Shown: in pieces, positions 60,798 to 64,000 of the stretch | Layout of the letters: each line of letters starts with the position of its first letter | Numbering within the stretch: the stretch's first letter is position 1 | The notes under the pieces: model-generated | Told to the model about the DNA's origin: nothing | Database searches by the model: none | What the model saw: the letters and a program-made list of their open reading frames with translations, nothing else | Made by a program: the position numbers and the translations under genes | Assembly (NCBI GenBank): GCA_043228905.1 | Contig: JBHGNT010000012.1 | Location: 11,284,001 to 11,348,000 of the forward strand | Reading direction: 5' to 3' | Length of the DNA stretch: 64,000 nt | From: Azolla caroliniana | Lineage: Eukaryota > Plantae > Polypodiophyta

Positions 60798-63178
60798 CAG
60801 AAGCGGAACCTCATCCGCAGGCGGAAGAATTGGTACAACAAATGGACATCACCAAAATCACCACAAAGAAAATACGAAATGCATTACAGATGCCAAGAGG
60901 AGGCTTTGAGGCAGTTAAAAAACCTTCATCAGAAGCACTCCAATCGTATTTCGGGGAATACTCACCCTCGGCAAAAGCATATCAGACTTATGGAGGTCGG
61001 GATGAGTTTTTTCATGAAGTGGCTAGATTTTTATTAGAGGTGGGATTTGTCAGTCCTCGTTTTTTTTGTATGCCGAAAAAAAGGGCTGGGTTTATCATAG
61101 TCGCATACGAAAAAGAGGATTTCAACTGGCCACTATTGTCGGGGGAAGCTCTGAGAGAGCAGCTACAAGGGGTAAAAACAGGAAAACCGATGAAGCAAAT
61201 TTTTGGTCGTTGGTTATCAGTATTGTTTCCGATTCAAGAATCGGAAACTCCTGTTCAGTCAAGAAGACCACCGATAGTACAAGCACCACGAAGACACCGA
61301 CAGGTAGTACATGAAGAATGGATAGAAGAAGAATCGGCACATGCCGATAATATACAAACAAATATGCCTCAGTCTGAACCACCAAGACCAGAGAATTCCG
61401 AAAACAGGCAACCAGCAGCAGAACAAGAAACAGTTGACAATTTGATAAACAAGCAACAGCCGACAGAAAATCGACAACAAGCAGAGAAGATGCGACAAAG
61501 AACAAGGATTAAACAAAAGGCTAATCGGCAATTCCAACCAGAAAACAGTGAGGGATCAGCACCGAAAAGGCAACGCACAAATGAAAATTCGAATACGCCT
61601 GTGGTAACAGAAGTACTAAAACCAGGGAATGAGAGCGTTTCGACACAACCTCACCAAGGACAATCTTCAAAAGTAGCAATTCGGGAAGCACATGGGTACT
61701 TGGATATCCCACCAGCAGCACATGAATTAGCTGCCATTTTACAGTTCGGAACTTCATACGAACTGGTTGAATGGTTGGCTAAAAGACTGACAGAAGTATC
61801 AGAACGGCTGGCTCAAGAACATAATGACCGAATAATGATACAGAAAGCCTTACGAGGAGTGTTGGAACCTCAAGAAAAAGCAGAGATAGAAAAAATAGGC
61901 CGGAAAAGAAGTGCACAGAATAAAGGGGAGGCTATTGAAATGCCACCATTACATGGAGCACTGGTCGAAATTCATAAAGAATATGAAACGGTACGCAAAG
62001 AAGCCAGTGATATGGCTGAAAGATACAAAAGTGTATCCGCATCGGCGGAGGTGCTGAAACATCAGTTTTGTAACATACAGGCAGAAAATAAAGAACTAAA
62101 GGAAAGTCTAAACAAATGGGAAACACAGGCACGGCTTATGGTGTCGGAGTCAGAATGGCAGCAGAAATTGGAGGACGCTGAGAAAGCACGTCAAGCAGAA
62201 ACAACAAGGGCCAACAATGTTGTATTTCGAACTACAGAATTAGAAAAACAAATAGAAACCATTCAGAATGGTCAATACAAAATTCTCGAAGAAAAAAATC
62301 AAGTAATAAACGAATTACAGAAAAATCTAGAAGAAGCTAAGACGGCCAATCATACATATACTGAACAAATTGAAGAATTCGAAAGGTATATAGTGTCACA
62401 GGAAAGTCAATTGACAGAAAAAGAGCGGAGTCTTGAAGAAGTCAACAGAAGAATGACGGAACAGCAGGAGGAATGGAGTAAAGAGAAATCGGCATTCGAA
62501 CAACAACTGGAAGAAATTCGGAAGATATCGGAACAAAGACGGCTGGATATATATGTAGTCGAATCCAAACTAATGCGAGCTGAAAGTGAGAACCGAACCA
62601 CTATTACGGATTTACAGAAAGAGTTGCAGACCGCCCAATACGTCGCAAGCATCACTAGGGACAAAGTGCAGCACATCATAGGGAAACATCGAAACCTAGC
62701 AAAGAAAATGATCGATGAATCCCTTGCGCAAGGATGGAAGTTATGGACAGCACAAGCGGCGGAATTACAGTTATTGCGTGCCGACAAAAATAACCGGCAG
62801 GTCCAAGGTGCAGGTTTTTTTAAAATGGCACAAAAGGATATTGACAATATCCAAGAGGATATCATGAAAGATATGGACGAAATTGCGGCATTTTACAGAG
62901 AAGAAATTCAATGTATTATGCAAGAATTCGACAAAAATGATATAGGCACTTCCGTCCAGTTGGATAAAATCGAAGCCGAAAGAACCAGCAAGATTCCTAG
63001 TATTCACGCTTCCGGAAGAAGCGAACCAGAGCAGCCAACCGAATCACAACCTGCTCCGAAGGACGACTGTGACACAGATGAAGATGAAGAGGAAGATATA
63101 GGTGGAATACATCCAAGGCCAGATGAGCCTTCGATTTTTGATATTCTGAACGATTCGGATGAAGAGCTACAGGAATAG
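60725..63178 (+). CDS. Extra ORF2 of G, 817 aa: transposon-associated N-terminal domain, basic NLS-like linker, long coiled coil, conserved helical block, acidic tail
   Basis: Intact ORF with homologs in B, C, D and E; no obvious transmembrane segment. Confidence 0.9.
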   Translation: MPIPVSKELRLWLHERNLQGFIKVAEAEPHPQAEELVQQMDITKITTKKIRNALQMPRGGFEAVKKPSSEALQSYFGEYSPSAKAYQTYGGRDEFFHEVARFLLEVGFVSPRFFCMPKKRAGFIIVAYEKEDFNWPLLSGEALREQLQGVKTGKPMKQIFGRWLSVLFPIQESETPVQSRRPPIVQAPRRHRQVVHEEWIEEESAHADNIQTNMPQSEPPRPENSENRQPAAEQETVDNLINKQQPTENRQQAEKMRQRTRIKQKANRQFQPENSEGSAPKRQRTNENSNTPVVTEVLKPGNESVSTQPHQGQSSKVAIREAHGYLDIPPAAHELAAILQFGTSYELVEWLAKRLTEVSERLAQEHNDRIMIQKALRGVLEPQEKAEIEKIGRKRSAQNKGEAIEMPPLHGALVEIHKEYETVRKEASDMAERYKSVSASAEVLKHQFCNIQAENKELKESLNKWETQARLMVSESEWQQKLEDAEKARQAETTRANNVVFRTTELEKQIETIQNGQYKILEEKNQVINELQKNLEEAKTANHTYTEQIEEFERYIVSQESQLTEKERSLEEVNRRMTEQQEEWSKEKSAFEQQLEEIRKISEQRRLDIYVVESKLMRAESENRTTITDLQKELQTAQYVASITRDKVQHIIGKHRNLAKKMIDESLAQGWKLWTAQAAELQLLRADKNNRQVQGAGFFKMAQKDIDNIQEDIMKDMDEIAAFYREEIQCIMQEFDKNDIGTSVQLDKIEAERTSKIPSIHASGRSEPEQPTESQPAPKDDCDTDEDEEEDIGGIHPRPDEPSIFDILNDSDEELQE

Positions 63179-63180
63179 GC

Positions 63181-63220
63181 GTGGGTTCGCTGGACAAGGT
63201 CCTGGCCCACGGACGTGCCA
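63181..63220 (+). other. tRNA-3'-end-like motif at the PPT position (element G)
   Basis: gtggg ttcgct ggac aag gtcc tgg cccac ggacgtgCCA, then AG, then TGTTAC. Confidence 0.88.
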
Positions 63221-63684
63221 AGTGTTACCCGGACCCGGACAGTCAGTTTTACCGAACAAGTGGGAAAGCGTCGAAAACAGAGTCGGTTCGGATCGACTGT
63301 TCGGATCAATGACTCAGCAGTAAACGAAGAGAACTAAGTTAGTTAGATAATTTTGTAAATCTTGATAGTAAGTAGGAATAGTTCTTGATGAGAAAAGACC
63401 TTCGGTATACCTATAAAAGGGAACCGAAGGCATTGTAAGAAAGGTCGTTCTATTTAGTAATATAAGTTTAAGTTAGGAATATCTTGTACGAATTCTGTGT
63501 TCCTTCTATTGTCTATGATCTTAAGTGCAAGCTTCCTAATTTATAACTAAATAACGATCACGGTAATTACCGATTAATATAGTATAATTCCGTTCGTAAA
63601 ACACAATTCCTTGTTAGAACGTTGAGTAGCGACGTTCACTCTTCTGTATCGGTAGTAGTTAGTAATTAGCCGATTAACATGGTT

Positions 63685-64000
63685 TCAATGCTCAAAAGAG
63701 TCCATGATTGCCCAAAGCTCCTTGTCATGAATCTCATAATTAATTTTCCCAACTTCAAATTTCTATGAATGAAAAGCAATGGGATATAATTGCCCCTTAT
63801 CTTTGGGTTGTGAGAGGACACTTTCGAGTGAGAAATCTAATGCATTAACTTCCAAACTAAAAGGTTTAGCTTAGCCAACATCGATCAAATTTGTGTAAGA
63901 GGCACATTCCTCGAATACATAGAGATTCCTTCCACTTAGACTATGTATGTACCCGAGGAATCCCACTTGGTTGAGATCAAAACTACATTTCTCGCGTTTG
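63685..64000 (-). pseudogene. Decayed chromovirus RT/RNase H fragment
   Basis: Minus strand KPFSLEVNALDF, LYPIAFHS, NYEIHDKEL. Confidence 0.75.

Larger units (their letters stand above)
54669..63679 (+). mobile_element. Full-length, very young non-chromovirus Ty3/gypsy element 'G'
   Basis: 457-bp LTRs 54669-55125 and 63223-63679 with no difference seen; TSD TGGTT (54664-54668, 63680-63684). Confidence 0.98.

Noticed and set aside
60725-63178. Retroviral envelope gene or host myosin/SMC-like gene
   Set aside because: No signal peptide or transmembrane helix; lies inside LTR-bounded elements; coiled-coil similarity is non-specific.
63181-63220. Calling the motif a tRNA gene or SINE
   Set aside because: No 5' acceptor strand, D-arm, anticodon arm or A-box upstream; T-loop interrupted; fixed position in five elements.

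Overview
Eukaryotic, almost certainly land-plant, heterochromatin made entirely of nested LTR retrotransposons; no host gene is evident. A non-seed plant is suggested (inference) by the Tcn1-like self-priming chromovirus and RTEX-like LINE. Resolved by LTR termini and 5-bp target-site duplications (TSDs): an intact young Ty1/copia (480-6065), further copia elements and solo LTRs, two decayed chromoviruses, a non-coding self-priming LTR element, a LINE fragment, and five members of one non-chromovirus (Athila/Tat-like) Ty3/gypsy group (here B, C, D, E, G) with a tRNA-Arg-type PBS, a three-zinc-knuckle Gag and an ~800-aa extra ORF after pol. Main finding: none of these five has a polypurine tract (PPT). 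In its place, exactly 2 nt before the 3' LTR, each has a conserved 40-41 nt structured motif resembling the 3' end of tRNA-Arg (T-arm with an inserted hairpin, acceptor strand, CCA), with compensatory stem changes. This points to an apparently undescribed PPT-independent, tRNA- or tRNA-mimic-primed plus-strand synthesis. All comparisons were made by eye, and tRNA identities are from memory and need a database check.
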